Source: Malacoraja senta
Taxonomy: Eukaryota
Direction: 5' to 3'
Length of the DNA stretch: 64,000 nt
NCBI GenBank assembly: GCA_038087875.1
Contig: JAXLNO010000110.1
Span: 744,001-808,000, forward strand
The notes beneath the pieces are model-generated. The model ran no database searches and was not told the DNA's origin. It worked only from the letters and a program-made list of their open reading frames with translations. Numbering within the stretch: position 1 is the stretch's first letter; each line of letters starts with the position of its first letter. Position numbers and translations under genes: made by a program. Positions 46,391 through 60,075 of this stretch are shown in pieces.

Positions 46391-46717
46391 TGCCTCGGAG
46401 ACGTCTCTTGTACTCCTTGTTGTTCTACTGTTACATAAGTCTCAGCCGGCTTCATCAGTAAGGGTGTTTGTTATAACCTTGCTGGTGAATACGAGCGGGT
46501 GCTGTAATCCATGCGAGGGTCGACAGTAAAATGCCCGGTATAAAGCACTTCACCGGATCTATGCAAATGAGTCAATTTATTCCCATTCTAGTTGTGTGGA
46601 TGCGTCGAGATTACGGGTGTCCACGAGGCGTTATATGCGGGTGTTTGTATTTCAAACGTGTTTCGATTGTCTGTTGCAATTTGTCACGTGTTTTTTTTTA
46701 ATTTTCTTTCTCTCAAG

Positions 46718-47679
46718 TTAATTTGTTTACAATCGTCATTCTCTGCCGAGGAAAGTGTGGTCTCTCCAAATGCATCACCTGCTATCTCGTGTCGATGTCT
46801 GCGGCGGATCTAATGGTTGTGATCATCGAAGTCCTGATGTACGAAATGATAGAGGCATATGATATGTACTGGTTTGATCATCAATCTTCTTTCGTCAAAT
46901 TGGTCATGGGTCTTAGAAAAGCTCCGTTCTGTCTTGTCCACTACACCTTCTGCAAGGTGGCTTTAGATTGTTCTGTGTGGCTTACGGTCGCTTTCACCTT
47001 CGATCGGTTTGTGGTCATTTGCTGGGCTACGTTTAAGACAAAATACTGCTCCCCAAAAATTGCGGGATGGATTATTGGCACAATCTGCGTCACGTCCTGT
47101 TTAAAGAACATACCTTTTTATTTCCTCTACATGCAGTGATCACATAATGTTTCCGGTTATTGGGCGTGTAGCTTTAAACCCGCTCTTCGTATGACTGGTA
47201 CGTTAGAGGGTCTTTATTGGCTAGACGTTCTGTTGAACCCACTTCTTCCTTTCTTCCTCATTTTGACCCTCAATTCTCTGACTGTCAGTCAGATCCTGGC
47301 CGCGAGCAGACTCCGCCGAGCGCTTAAGGGACAGAGAAATGACAGCAAGCAGCGAGATCCTGAGATGGAGACCCGCCGACAATCCATCATTCTCCTCTTC
47401 ACTCTGTCTGCCAGTTTCCTTCTCTGCTGGGCGACAACCACGCTGGTCTTCATTCTCATGAGATGTCTCTACACAGACCTGGAGACGTCTATCCGGCTTT
47501 ATTATGCAAAGCAAGTGGGGTATGCCGTTCAGCTTCTCAGCTGCTGCGGAAACACCTTTATTTACGGAGTGACTCAGACCAAATTTAGAGAGCAACTGAA
47601 GATTGCGATCAGCTTCCCCGTTACTCCGCTTGTTAAAATGTTGAGGTACTCTATATCGAAAGGCAAAATGGTCCAATAA
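46718..47679 (+). pseudogene. Class A GPCR (GPR139/GPR142-like) main coding exon, copy 2, one in-frame stop
   Basis: Paralog of 41293-42252. The frame is open except TGA at 47137-47139, where copy 1 has TCA. DRF motif, TM7 NTFIY and the terminal stop at 47677-47679 are present. Confidence 0.85.
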
Positions 47680-48627
47680 CATTCTTCTATTCTGAGAAAG
47701 CAGAGAGGTTCTGCACCTTCACTGGAATCGACCTCGGGTAACCTCGTGCACGCTAATCTGATATTAAATCTAATCGAGGTCACAGTCTGAACGTCTCGAT
47801 TCATTCATTTCCAATATTGAATGTTAAGATTAGTTTCAAGTCGAGACTCATTTTCAAGCAAAGTTTGTTTATCATCAATGAAGTTTTGTCAGTTAACGTT
47901 GTTGGTCCCGTGCACAGTTACGGATAGCGACAGTCCCTGTGATTCTCGACCACTCGAAGTAACGCTTCAAATCAGCGCGGTGTGAAATATAGATTCCAAT
48001 CATCACCAACGTCGCTCTCTACCCGAGGACTCTCAAGCGATTCCTGACTGCCTGTCCAATGCAAGGTTTGCGCCCAGTCAGTTGTATGATTTTACAACGT
48101 ATCCCCTTCTCAGTTCATCCCGCATCCGTCCTACGTAAATAGTGATAAATTGTGCTCCATAAAAAGCTTTAGAAATTCCCGTGAATTAATTGTTAGTCAC
48201 CGGTAGTTCTGCTGCTTCCTATTGTAAGCGGATGACTCTTTTCTCTGATATATATTGCCTCTATGGGGTGATGTGCCCCCTGACTGGTCATGTCGGCATT
48301 CTTTGTTCACTCCGAATTCCCATTGAAACGTGTCTCCTATGTGTCCAGGCAAGTCTGCTCTCGCTCACCATGCCCCCACCCCAGACCAAATAAAAAAAAC
48401 CCTGGTCCATGCGCCAGACTTTGTATCCGATAAACCATTCCCTTGTATTTACGGCACCTTCAACAGCATCACACGACTTCATATTTCCATTCCCACCTTT
48501 TCCGCTTAACGTAGTGATCTCTCCTTGTGACCGCTTCAGTTCACCCATCTCTTCCAAATCGCCTCCTCCCCAGGAACATACCCCTGTAAACGGATCATTA
48601 CCTCTTCCCATATCTCCTCTCTCACGT

Positions 48628-50452
48628 CCATTTAAGACCGAGATGAGGAAAAACTTTTTCACACAGAGAGTGGTGAATCTCTGGAACTCTCTGCCACAGA
48701 GGGTAGTTGAGGCCAGTTCATTGGCTATATTTAAGAGGGAGTTAGATGTGGCCCTTGTGGCTAAAGGGATCAGGGGGTATGGAGAGAAGGCAGGTACGGG
48801 ATACTGAGTTGGATGATCAGCCATGATCATATTGAATGGCGGTGCAGGCTCGAAGGGCCGAATGGCCTACTCCTGCACCTATTTTCTATGTATCTATGTA
48901 TCCTTTTATCCAGGACTTACAGAGGTTACAGAGGCCCCTTCCCTAACGCTCTAACGGGCACAGTCTGCACCTTCTCCGCCAGCCGCATGCCTCCTTCCAC
49001 ATGGCCCCTCTCCTCCTGGTCCACTCTTCAACCCGCTCCTTATTCATGAATTCCCGCACGCCCTCTATCCGCACATCGCCCCTTGCCCGATCACCACTAC
49101 ATCCACATCTTCGTTGCGCTACCCAACCTCACACCCCACCCCTTCGTTCGGGACTTCCTCTCTCGACCATACATCTTCCCCGACGCTCCACCCCCTCGCC
49201 CAACGTAACCAGGATATTGGACAATGGAGAGCCAGTGGATGTAGAGTACCTAGACTTTCAGAAAGCATTTGATAAGGTCCCACATAAGAGATTAGTGGGC
49301 AAAATTAGAGCACATGGCATTGGGGGTAGGGTTCTGACATGGATAGAGATTTGGTTGGCAGACAGGAAACAAAGGTTAGGAATCAACGGGTCCCTTTCCA
49401 AATTGCAGGCAGTGGCTAGTGAGGTACCGCAAGGCTCGGTGCTGGGACCGCAGCTATTTACAATATATATTTATGATTTGGATGAAAGTAAATTTATCAA
49501 ATTTGCAGACGACACAAAGTTGTGTGGCAGTGTGAACTGTGAGGAGGAGGCTATAAGGATGAGGAGGAGGAGGCTATGAGGATGCAAGGTGACTTGGACA
49601 GGTTGGGTGAGTGGGCTGATGCATGGCAGATGCAGTTTAATGTGGATAAATGTGAGGTTATCCACTTTGGTGGCAAAAACTGGAAGGCAGATTATTATCT
49701 AAATGGTATCAAATTGGGAAAAGGAGAAGTACAACGGGATCTGGGTGGTCCTTGTTCAGCAGTCACTGAAAGGAAGCATGCCGGTACAGCAGGCAGTGAA
49801 GAAAGCGAATAAGATTGGCATTCATAAGAAGAGGAGATGTCTACAGGGTCAAAGAGGTCCTCCTGCAGTTGTAAAGAGCCCTAGTGAGACCACACCTGGA
49901 GTATTGTGTGCAGTTTTGGTCTCCAAACCTCAGGAAGGACATTCTTGCTATTGAGGGAGTACAGCGTAGGTTCACGAGGTTAATTCCCGGCATGGCGGGA
50001 CTGTCATATGTTGATATGTTGCGGCTGCGCTTGTATACTCTGGAATTTCGAAGGATGAGAGCGGATCTTATTGAAACATACAAGATTATTAAGGGTTTGG
50101 ACACGCTAGAGGCAGGAAACATGTTCCCAATGTTGGGGGAGTCCAGAACCAGGGGCCATAGTTTAAGAATAACAGGTAAGCCATTTAGAACGGAGATGAG
50201 GAAACACTTTTTCACACAGAGATTTGTGTGTGTGTGGAATTTCCTGCCACAGAGGGCGATGGAGTCTGGTTCTCTGGATGCTTTCTAGAGAGAGTTAGAT
50301 AGAGCTCGTAGGGAGAGCGGGGTTAAGGGATATGGAGAGAAGGCAGGAATGGGGTACTGATTGTGGATGATCAGCCATGATCACATTGAATGACGGTGCT
50401 GGCTCGAAGGGTCGAATGGCCTCCTCCTGCACCTATTGTCCATTGTCTATTG
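48628..50452 (+). mobile_element. CR1/HER1 fragments (3' tail 48628-48900; RT to 3' end about 49205-50452)
   Basis: YLDFQKAFDKVPH, VPQGSVLGP, KFADDTKL and the 3' UTR. Confidence 0.9.
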
Positions 50453-50481
50453 TTGAAAAGAGGTGAGGTGGAACTTCGTTA

Positions 50482-51089
50482 AGGACTGTCCCACCAGCAT
50501 GCGACTGCATGCGGCGAGCGCGATCAAACGTGGTGGCTTGAAGCGTAGGGCCTCGCGGGACCGGTCCCACTTCCAACCGCGGAGCAGTATGGAGCTGGTC
50601 CCGACATCAATCAGCTGGGCAGGAGGCGGGCCGACTGAATGTGGACGTCGCACGGCGTCGGGCGGTTACATCATCACGCAAAGGCACTGCGGGCGGTGAC
50701 GTCATCGCGCAACGCCACGGGCTAGGCGTACGCCGTCAAGACGCTGCGTTCGGCGTCAGGATGCTGCGTACGGCGTCGAGGCGGTGCGTACGGCGTCGAG
50801 GCGGTGCGTAGGCCCGTCGAGGCGGTGCATAAGCCCGTGGAGGCGGTGCATACGCCCGTCGAGGCGGTGCGTACGGCCTCAATGCGGCAGCGGGCCGGCA
50901 GGGCGTTGCCGCGCGGAATTTTTGGACATTCAGTTTTTCGGAGCCCCGCGCGGCGTCGGTACCAGCTCCGCACAACTCTATACGGATCCGGCGATCGAAG
51001 TGGGACCGGCCCCGCGAGGCCGTACGGCTAACGCAAACACGTTAGGTCGCGCTAGCCGCATGCAGTCGCATGCTCGTTGGACAGGCCCT
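50482..51089. mobile_element. PIF/Harbinger-type MITE in a CR1 fragment
   Basis: AGGACTGTCCCACCAGCATGCGACTGCATGCGGC...GCCGCATGCAGTCGCATGCTCGTTGGACAGGCCCT with a TTA TSD and CpG-rich internal tandem repeats. Confidence 0.85.
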
Positions 51090-51680
51090 TTAGTCAGAGA
51101 TTAGTTAATTTGTGGAACGTATTGCCATAGAGGACGGTGGAGGCCAAGTCAGTGGATATTTTTTAAGGCAGAGATAGAGAGATTTTTCATTAGAACGGGT
51201 GTCAAAGGTTATGGGGAGAAGGCAGAAAAATTGGATTAGGAGGCAGAGATCAGCCATGATTGAATGGTGTAGGCTCGATGGGCGGAATGGCCTAATTCTA
51301 CTATAACTTGTGAACTTGTACATGGATAGGATAGGCTTGAAGGGTTATGGACCAAGCGCAGGCAAGTGGGTAGATGGGACATTGTTGTCCGGTGTGGGCG
51401 AGTTGGGCCGAAGGGCCTTTTAACACACTGTATGACTCTATGGCTCTATGAATGTATGACTATGACTCTACCATTACTGCTCTGCGGCCACTAACTTGTT
51501 TGTGACTTCCGGGGTAATCACAGATTTGTGAAGCACAATCACGCACACTCAGTACCAGGTTGACTATGTCTAATCAGCCGTAGTCTTTCCAAATTCACGT
51601 ATATCCTGTCCCTCGGGATTCTCTCCTACCACAGATATCCCGCCAGCTGGTCTATGAATCCTGAGTTAAGACATCCGGCG

Positions 51681-51759
51681 CAGGGCCGGATTTACGTATA
51701 TGCCAGACAAGTTTAAGTTTAGGGCGTCGAGATCTAGGGGGGGCCTTGGCCCGCTCCAC
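51681..51759 (+). mobile_element. Left end of a probable hAT-type DNA transposon
   Basis: Begins CAGGGCCGGATTTA, a typical hAT terminus. The matching right end is not in the window. Confidence 0.45.
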
Positions 51760-52724
51760 CAATAGGCTGTGGGCCGAGCATCAAAAATGTGTCTAGAAAT
51801 CAGTTTTCGTGACCCAAGTCACCGAACTACATGACATTTTCCACAGATTTAGATGAAATATAATTGAGAAGGAAGTCATAACTCGTCGGTGCCAAAAGTT
51901 GCACATTAAATAATTAAACTAATTAGAAAATGAGATCGGGAAAGTAAGCGCCATCTAGTGGCCAATGCACATATTACACCATGGGCAACCTATTTCCGTG
52001 TTGCAGTCCAATTAAACTATATATTATTATACCAATATATATCTATATATAACTTGTAAATATGACTGTAATCATATATAATTAATTATAATTATATTAT
52101 ATAAAAATAATATGATGAACATAATTGTGAGTGTGTTTGTTAATGACACTGTCGCAGAGGTCCTGCTCCTAAACCAGCCTAATTAATGGGTTAGGGCAGT
52201 TCTTGTGGATTCCTCCCTTTACTGAACCCCACTGACTGCCATTGTGCAGAGTGGGGGGTCACGGCCATAGAGGGACTGGGGCAGTGCCAGGCTGGGGGAC
52301 AGTCCTGCAAGCCATCTTCCAGTCGCTTTAATAGGAAATTTAATGAGACTGCAGCAGAGGTCCCAGGTTTTAAGGGCTCATGAACCTGCCTAATTAATGG
52401 GTCAGGACAGATCCTCTAGATTTCTCCGTTTACTTAACCCCACTGGCTGCCATAGTGGGGAGAGTGGTGGGTAACGGCCATAGTGGGACTGGGGCAGTGC
52501 CAGGCTGGGTGACAGACCTGTAAGAGACCTGTCTTATTTCTGATGTAAATGTCACATCCTGGACAAGAACCGAATCCTCTGATGTTTACTCGACGATTAT
52601 TCATTTTAAGCTACAATGAGCTTATATTTATGTTAGAGACCCCCCGATGGTGCCTTTGCAAATGAGGGCTATTACCTTTAACCTAAAAGAACCCTAAAAG
52701 TGCTGCATTGTTTATCTCTAGTTT

Positions 52725-52940
52725 GTGTGTGTGTCTGTGTATACCTTTCAAACGTGTATCTGTGGATGAGTGGATGTAAGTGTGTATGTACGTGTGGATG
52801 GATGTATGTGTGCATGTATGTGTGGATGTGTGTGTGGATGTGTACATGTATGTCTGCGTGTGAATGGATGTGTGTGTGTGTGGATTTATGTGTGCATGTA
52901 TGTGTGTGTTTGCATACATGGAAGTGTGCGTGCGGATGGA

Positions 52941-52971
<31 letters not shown>

Positions 52972-52985
52972 GGATCTGTGGGTGG
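52725..52985. repeat. Degenerate (GT)n/(GTAT/GGAT)n low-complexity tract
   Basis: Visible base composition. Confidence 0.9.
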
Positions 52986-55900
52986 ACTGTCGCAGTCATT
53001 CACCAGGTCGCCATTATATTAAGTAATTCACTCATGGTTTAAATAATTTGACCAAATAAACAGTGAAACGATCGACATTAAAATAAAACTTTATATAATC
53101 ATTTATTTCCCCAATTTATTTTGTTTACGTTACATCTAATCTTCATCTGAATATTCTTCGTCAGATTCAAAGTCTTTTGAAGTGACGATAGCACTCTGCA
53201 CGATAACCCGGGATACACTGCTGCCTCCTAATAATAGAAGATAATATGTGTCAGGGAGTATTTTACATCTTTTCATGTTTTATATTATGTATGACAATTT
53301 CGACATATCAATGAGGAAATTAAACATGTATGCATGTCCAGGTAGATGGGATGGCAAGTCTGCAAATTATCAAATTAGTATTCATTAAAGCACAGTTCAT
53401 GTCCGCACAAAACACTTTTGTGTGGACAGGCTCTGAAGAGTGGAGGGGCAGAAGCTGCAGAAAAAAACCTCTCATATTACTTAGGTCTGCATGGACTTCA
53501 ATTCATAAAATGTTAATCTCTTCTTAATGTCAATGAGACTTACACTGTAATTTACTGCCATAGATAAGTTAGTTCAAGTTCAAGTGGAGGAGCAGAGTCC
53601 GCAGAATAGCTAGTTAAAGAAACATCTCATAGTACCTAGGTCTGCATGGTCTTCAATTCATAAAATGTCAACCTCTATTTAATGTCAATGAGACTTACAC
53701 TGTAATTTACTGCCATTGATAAGTTAGTTCAAGTTCAAGTGGAGGGTCAGGCAAAGGCTACAGAAAAAAAAATCTCGGTCATTAAGTCTGCATGCAATTC
53801 ATAAAATTTCAACCTCTTCTTAATGTTTAAAAAAAAAAAAATTATTAGAAGTATTGTACAGTACAGTGATCTCCAATAAACATAAGGTTATACTTTTCTT
53901 GTACCACTTCTTATTTTAAACTTTAATAAGAGAAAGGATGGAAAGAGTTAGTAAAGATAGTAAGTGAGTGATTGAAAGAGTGGTCCAGGAACACCCATAT
54001 GGACCTAAACCACAAGGAATAGTTTTTAAAAAAAAGGGAAAAACCAAAAGCAGGAAAAAGAAAAAAGAAAAAGTAAGGTAAGATAGGACAATATAAAAGG
54101 GATGTACCTACTTCATATCTTTACTCACCCCTCGCCAGGTCCTGAAACCGTTTATTATCAACATTTTGTTGCACCCTATATTTGTAATAAGTCGATAGAT
54201 GGAGACCAAATCTTTTGGAATTGGTCTGGTTTACCTGCTAAGAGGAATCTCATATCTTCTAGGTGTAACAGTTCCGACATATTAGAAATCCACATTTTTG
54301 TCGTTGGCGTGGAAGCGTTTTTCCAAAATTTCAGTATACGTTTTTTTGCCGTTATTAAGTCATAATTAAGAAATCTCCTTTGAAACGAAGTCAGCTCCAA
54401 ATTGGCTTCGATTGTTCCAAAAATGATCAGTTCTGCATTCGATTTCAGTTTTATTTTAAATAATTTCGTGAAAATTTCAAAGATTTCATTCCAAAGTTTT
54501 TGGATTTTTATACAAAAAACAAAAGAATGTGCTATAGTTGCTTCTTGGGTTAGACATTTATCACAGATAGAAGAGACATTTGGGTAAAGTTTACTTAATT
54601 TAGCTTTTGAATAGTATAATCTATGTAAAATTTTAAATTGAATTAGAGTATGTCTTACGTTAATCGAGCATTTATGGACATAAAATAGGTGTTTTTCCCA
54701 ACTCTCTTTCGAGATTTTTATAGCTAGTTCTTGTTCCCAATCTCTTCTAATCCTATCAGATGATGGAATTTCTATGTTTAAAATGGTATTATACAGGTAT
54801 GATATTAAATTAGTTGATTCCGCTTTTATATTCATTATCTCGTCTAATAGGTCTGGAGACATATTTTGATATTCTCGTGTATATTTTTTCAAATAGCCAC
54901 GTATTTGAAAATATTAAAAATATTGATTACTACTCAAGTTATATTTAAGTTGTAGTTGGTGAAATGTTAAAAAACTTCCATTATCATACATATCTCCAAA
55001 CGTTTTAATTCCTAATCTATCCCAGTTTGTAAAAGATTTATCTATCATAGAAGGTATAAACGTAGGGTTAATTATTATAGGTGAGAGAAGCGATATATTT
55101 CTTAATTTTAAAGTTAATTTTATTTGTTTCCAAATTCTAATTGTACTATGAATAATTGGATTTTTACTGTATATTGTATTCTTCATTTTTGTTGGTGTGA
55201 GAAGGATCGCTCCTATATTAAAAGGTGAACAATCCTCTCTCTCCATTACTATCCAATCCACCTGCTGGGCCGAATTGTCCAACAGGTGAATCATATTTTT
55301 GACATTTGTGGCCCAGTAATAATATAAAAAATTAGGGAGTGATAATCCGCCAGATTCTTTAGGTTTGCACAGATGTCTTCTTTGGATTCTGTGGGATTTA
55401 TAGTCCCATATAAAATTTGTAATATCAGCATCCAGTTTTTTAAAATTTAATTTTGGTAAGTATATCGGTATTGATTGGAATAGATATAAAATTTGTGGTA
55501 AAAAGATCATTTTTATAGCATTTATTCGGCCTATAAGAGACATCGGGAGAGTTTTCCAGAATTTAATCAGTATGTTTAGTTTATTGAGTAAGGGCATATA
55601 GTTTGCATTAAATAAAGATTTATATTTTCTAGTAATTTCGATTCCCAAATATTTAAATTTTTCTGAAGCGATTTTAAAAGTGAATTTTAACAGGTGTGTT
55701 GGGTCTTGCGGTTTTATCTTCATAATTTTGCTTTTATTCCAATTTATTCTATATCCTGAAAAGGATCCAAATTCCTCTATTAAATTTAATATATTTGGTA
55801 TATTGATTTGTGATTTTTGATATATAGTAGTACATCATCTGGTTATAATGATATCTTATTATTTGAATATTTTGTATTATAACCATGGATGTTCGGATGT

Positions 55901-56219
55901 ATTCTAATACTTTCCGCTAACGGTTCTATTACAAGAGCAAATAGCAGAGGTGATAGTGAACATCCCTGTCTATGTCCCCTTGATGATTGAAATTTCAGGG
56001 ACAAAATATTATTAGTTAATATTCTGGCAGTAGGCCTATCATATAATAATTTTACCCAAGCGATAAAATTCTCTCCCATTTGAAATGTTTGCAATACTTT
56101 GACAAGGTAATCCCATTCCACTTGATCGAATGCTTTTTCTGCGTCCAGTGAAATAATTGATAAGTCTTGTTCTTCGGTTTTATATGAATGCATTATATTA
56201 AACAGACATCTCAGATTAT

Positions 56220-57208
56220 TAATAATAATAATAATAATACATTTTATTTGTGGGCGCCTATACCAAAGTCTCAAGGACACCTTACAGAGTTAACAAAGAA
56301 ACAATTAATCGGGATAAAATAAGTTATAAAGACATCACAATTACACAAATGAAAGACAGAATTCAATCCAAAGACACAAAAAAAAGAAAATCAGAAACAC
56401 AATGTGAGGAGAGAGCAGCGGCAGCTAAACCGCGCCAGCGTCCACTCTCCCCTCCGACCGCCATCTTGGACACAGACTAACATAGACACAACATACAAAA
56501 AATATCCCCCCACAATGGTTTCCACTGTGGGGGAAGGCACAATGTCCAGTCCCCAACCCCAGTTCACCCAAAGTCAGGCCTATTGAGGCCTCCGCTATTG
56601 CCTCTATGGAGGCCCGATGTTCCTGGCCGTTCTCACCGGGTGATGTTGCCCCGGCGTCGAGAGAGTCCTCTAGCGGCTGGGCCACCTGGAACGGCCGCAT
56701 CCCTCACCGGAGGCCGCGGCTTCCGAAGCCGACAAGGCTGCGCCGGTTTGGAGCTCCACGGCTCCTGATGTTAAAGTCGGCGCCGCCAGATCCTCTCCGC
56801 AGTCCCGCAGCCCGGAGGTGTTGACCTCGGCGGTCACAGCTCACCGGAGCTCCAGCGCGTCGATCCAGCGCGGCGACCTAGGCAAGGCATCGCCCGCTAC
56901 GCTCCACGACAGCGCTCCAGCGCTGTGCCGCCACCGAAGCCGCCACCGAAGCCGAGGTGCAGGGTGGTTCCCGCCAGGAAACGGCACTCCAGGCCCGCTG
57001 GTAGGCCACGAGGACGGGTCGACGGGGCAGCCCGGAGAAAAAGCTGCCTCACCGACCAGGTAGGGACGTAGAAATGTCGTTGCCCCCTTCGCCAAACATT
57101 AAAAAGTAGAGTAGCTCCTACAAACAAAACGGAGACTCACTGAAATTGTTTTAAAAAAGTGATTTAAACGGACGACTGCTGGTTAGCAGCTGTTCCCCAA
57201 GATGGCTC
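56220..57208 (-). mobile_element. Same (ATT)n-tailed retroposon, copy 2, splitting the L1 RT
   Basis: L1 ORF2 reads TGFIPKRYS on one side and NNLRCLFNI on the other. Confidence 0.85.
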
Positions 57209-59043
57209 CTCTTGGGGAATATCTCTTGGGTATAAACCCCGTTTGATCCGGATTTATTAATTTACTAACATAATTACTTAATCTTCTAGCTAATGTTTTC
57301 GCTAATATTTTTTGATCTGTATTTAACAGCGCAATATAAGAACCCGGGTCTTCTAAATCTTTAACTTTTTCAGGTATAAGTGTAATCGTTGATTCCGCTA
57401 GTGTTTCTGGAAGTGTATGTTCTTTAAAAGCATATGTATACATTTTATGTAGCCGTGGTGTAATTATCACGTAGAATCTTTTATAAAATTCATTACTAAA
57501 ACCATCTGGTCCTGGTGTTTTTCCATTCTTTAATGTATTTATTGTTTCTTCTATTTCCTTAGTTGAGATTTCTGCACCTAATTCCTCTTGTTCACTCACA
57601 TTGAGTTTTGGGAGATTACAATTATCCAGGAACTCTCTAACTTTGGTACTATCTGCTAACGCTTTAGATGTGTATAAATTTTGATAAAATTGTGCGGATC
57701 TTTTATTAATATCCTTAGGTAGTGTTAACAATTCCCCTTTGTCTGATTTAATCTTTAAAATCGTGTGATCTTTTTCCCGTTTTTTCAGTTGTCGGGCCAA
57801 AAGTTTGTGTGGTTTATCCCCAAATTCAAAATTTTCCTGTTTTGTAATTTGAAATAATCTAATGACATTTGCTGATAATATTTTGTTTAATTTAAATTTC
57901 AATATTGTTATTTTATTATGTTTATCTATAGTTGGCTCTTTAGCAATATCTAATTCCAATTCTCTAATTCGTTCTTCTAACTGCCTTTGTTCATTCTTAT
58001 TCTTTTTATTTAGAAAAGCTTGGGATGAGATTATAGATCCTCTAATAAATGCGTTGAATGATTCCCATGGTAAAGTTGGTGAGATCTCTGGTGTATCATA
58101 AATCTTTAAAAAAAGTTCCATCTGTTGTTTTAGATATACTTCCCCTTGTGGATCATTTAGGATTTGAGGATTAAACCTCCAAAACGATTTATTAGAAGGC
58201 ATTCCTTCTAATTAAAAAAAAAAAGTTAACGGGGAATGATCAGAAATTATACTATTGTGGTATTTTGGGTTCAATGTATAAGGAATTAGTTTTGTATCCA
58301 CTAGAAAATAGTCGATACGTGAATACGTTTTGTGTACCATTGAATAAAACGGGTATTCCCTTCCAACAGGGTTAGCGATCCTCCAGACATCTGTTATATT
58401 TGTTTTTTAATGTATGTATTTAAGATTTCCCTGGTTTTAGATTTTGTGTTGCCCCTGTTCTGTTGTGAAGATTTATCCAAGTATGGATCTAAAACACAGT
58501 TAAAGTCTCCCCCAATTATCACATTTTGTTAATTGAACTCTGTAATTACATTCAGGATTTTATTAAAGAATTGGGGATTATCTAAATTAGGCGCATAAAT
58601 ATTTACCAAGGTAATTGGAGTAGCATGAATCTCTCTGGTAACAATAAGGTATCTCCCTTCCTTATCTATTATGATATTCTTTGATTTAAATGGTATACCT
58701 TTTCGAATAATAATTGCTGTGCCTCTAGATTTGGAAATATATGAAGATTGGTATGTTTGGCCTATCCAGTTTGCCTTCAATCTAGCTTGAGCTTGCAGTT
58801 TCAAATTAGTTTCTTGTAGAAATATTATGTCCGAATTGAGCGACTTCAATTGTGCAAAAATCGTACTCCTTTTAATTGGTTCATTAGCACCCCTGATATT
58901 CCAACTGCAGAATGTGATTCCTCCAAATTTCTTTTGTTTATCGTCTTGCATTTTAAATTATTTAATACCTTTTAAACATGTGGTCCAACCAATACCTCAG
59001 GTCTCTGGCTGTTGGGGGAGCATTTGCATTATTAAATTCAGTT

Positions 59044-60075
59044 AATAATAATAATAATGAATTTTATTTACGGGCGCCTTATACCGAGGTCTCAAGGACA
59101 CCTTACAGAGATTTATAGGAAACATATAATCAGAATTTAAAAAATAAGTTATAAAGACCAATACACAAATCAGGGACAGAATTCCTTCCAAAAAGACAAA
59201 AAAAGAAAATCAGAAGCACAATTTGAGGAGAGAGCAGCGGCAACGAAACCGCGCCAGCGTCCACTCTCCCCTCCGACCGCCATCTTGAACACAGACTAAC
59301 AAATACAATTACAAACAATTACATACAAAAATCATCCCCCCACAGTGATTTCCACTGTGGGGGAAGGCACAATGTCCAGTCCCCAGCCCCAGTTCACCCA
59401 GAAAAAGTCAGGCCAAATGAGGCCCCCGCTATTGCCTCTACGGAGGCCCGATGATCCTGGCCGTTCTCGCCGGGTGATGTAGCCCCGGCGTCGGGAGAGT
59501 CCTCCAGCAGCTGGGCCACCTGGATCGGCCGCATCCCTCACCGGAGGCCGTAACTACGGCTGGAACGGCTGATTTCCCGCAGGCGTCCGCAGCACCTGAA
59601 GCCGACAAGGCCGCGCCGATTTGGAGCTCAAGGCTCCCGATGTTGGAGTCGGCGCCGCCGCCCGCGGATGGTCGCTCCACAGTCCCGCAGCCCGGAGGTG
59701 TTGAGCTCGGCGGTCCAGCTCACCGGAGCTCCAGCGCGTCGATCCAGCGCGGCGACCCAGGCAAGGCATCGCCCGCTCCGCTGCGCAATAGCGCTCCAGC
59801 GCCGTGCCGCCACCGAAGCTGAGGGTGCTGTGCGGTCCCCGCCAGGAAACGCCGCTCCACGCCGCTGGTAGGCCGCGAGGACAGGTCGACTGGGCAGCCG
59901 GAGAGAAGGCTGCCTCACCGACCAGGTAGTGACCGGGAAGTGATTTCTCCTTGATCCCCCCACATCAAAAGGCAAAATAAATAAAAACAAAGACTTAAAG
60001 AAAACTAAAAAAACTTGGTAAAAAGGTACAATTAACGGACGGCTGCTGTTTTGCAGCCGTTCCTCAAGATGGCTC
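59044..60075 (-). mobile_element. Same (ATT)n-tailed retroposon, copy 3, in the L1 inter-ORF spacer
   Basis: Collinear with copies 1 and 2. Confidence 0.85.

Noticed and set aside
47137..47139. Selenocysteine or readthrough at the single TGA of GPCR copy 2
   Set aside because: The paralog has Ser (TCA), not Cys, and no SECIS was recognised. A nonsense mutation or base error is simpler.
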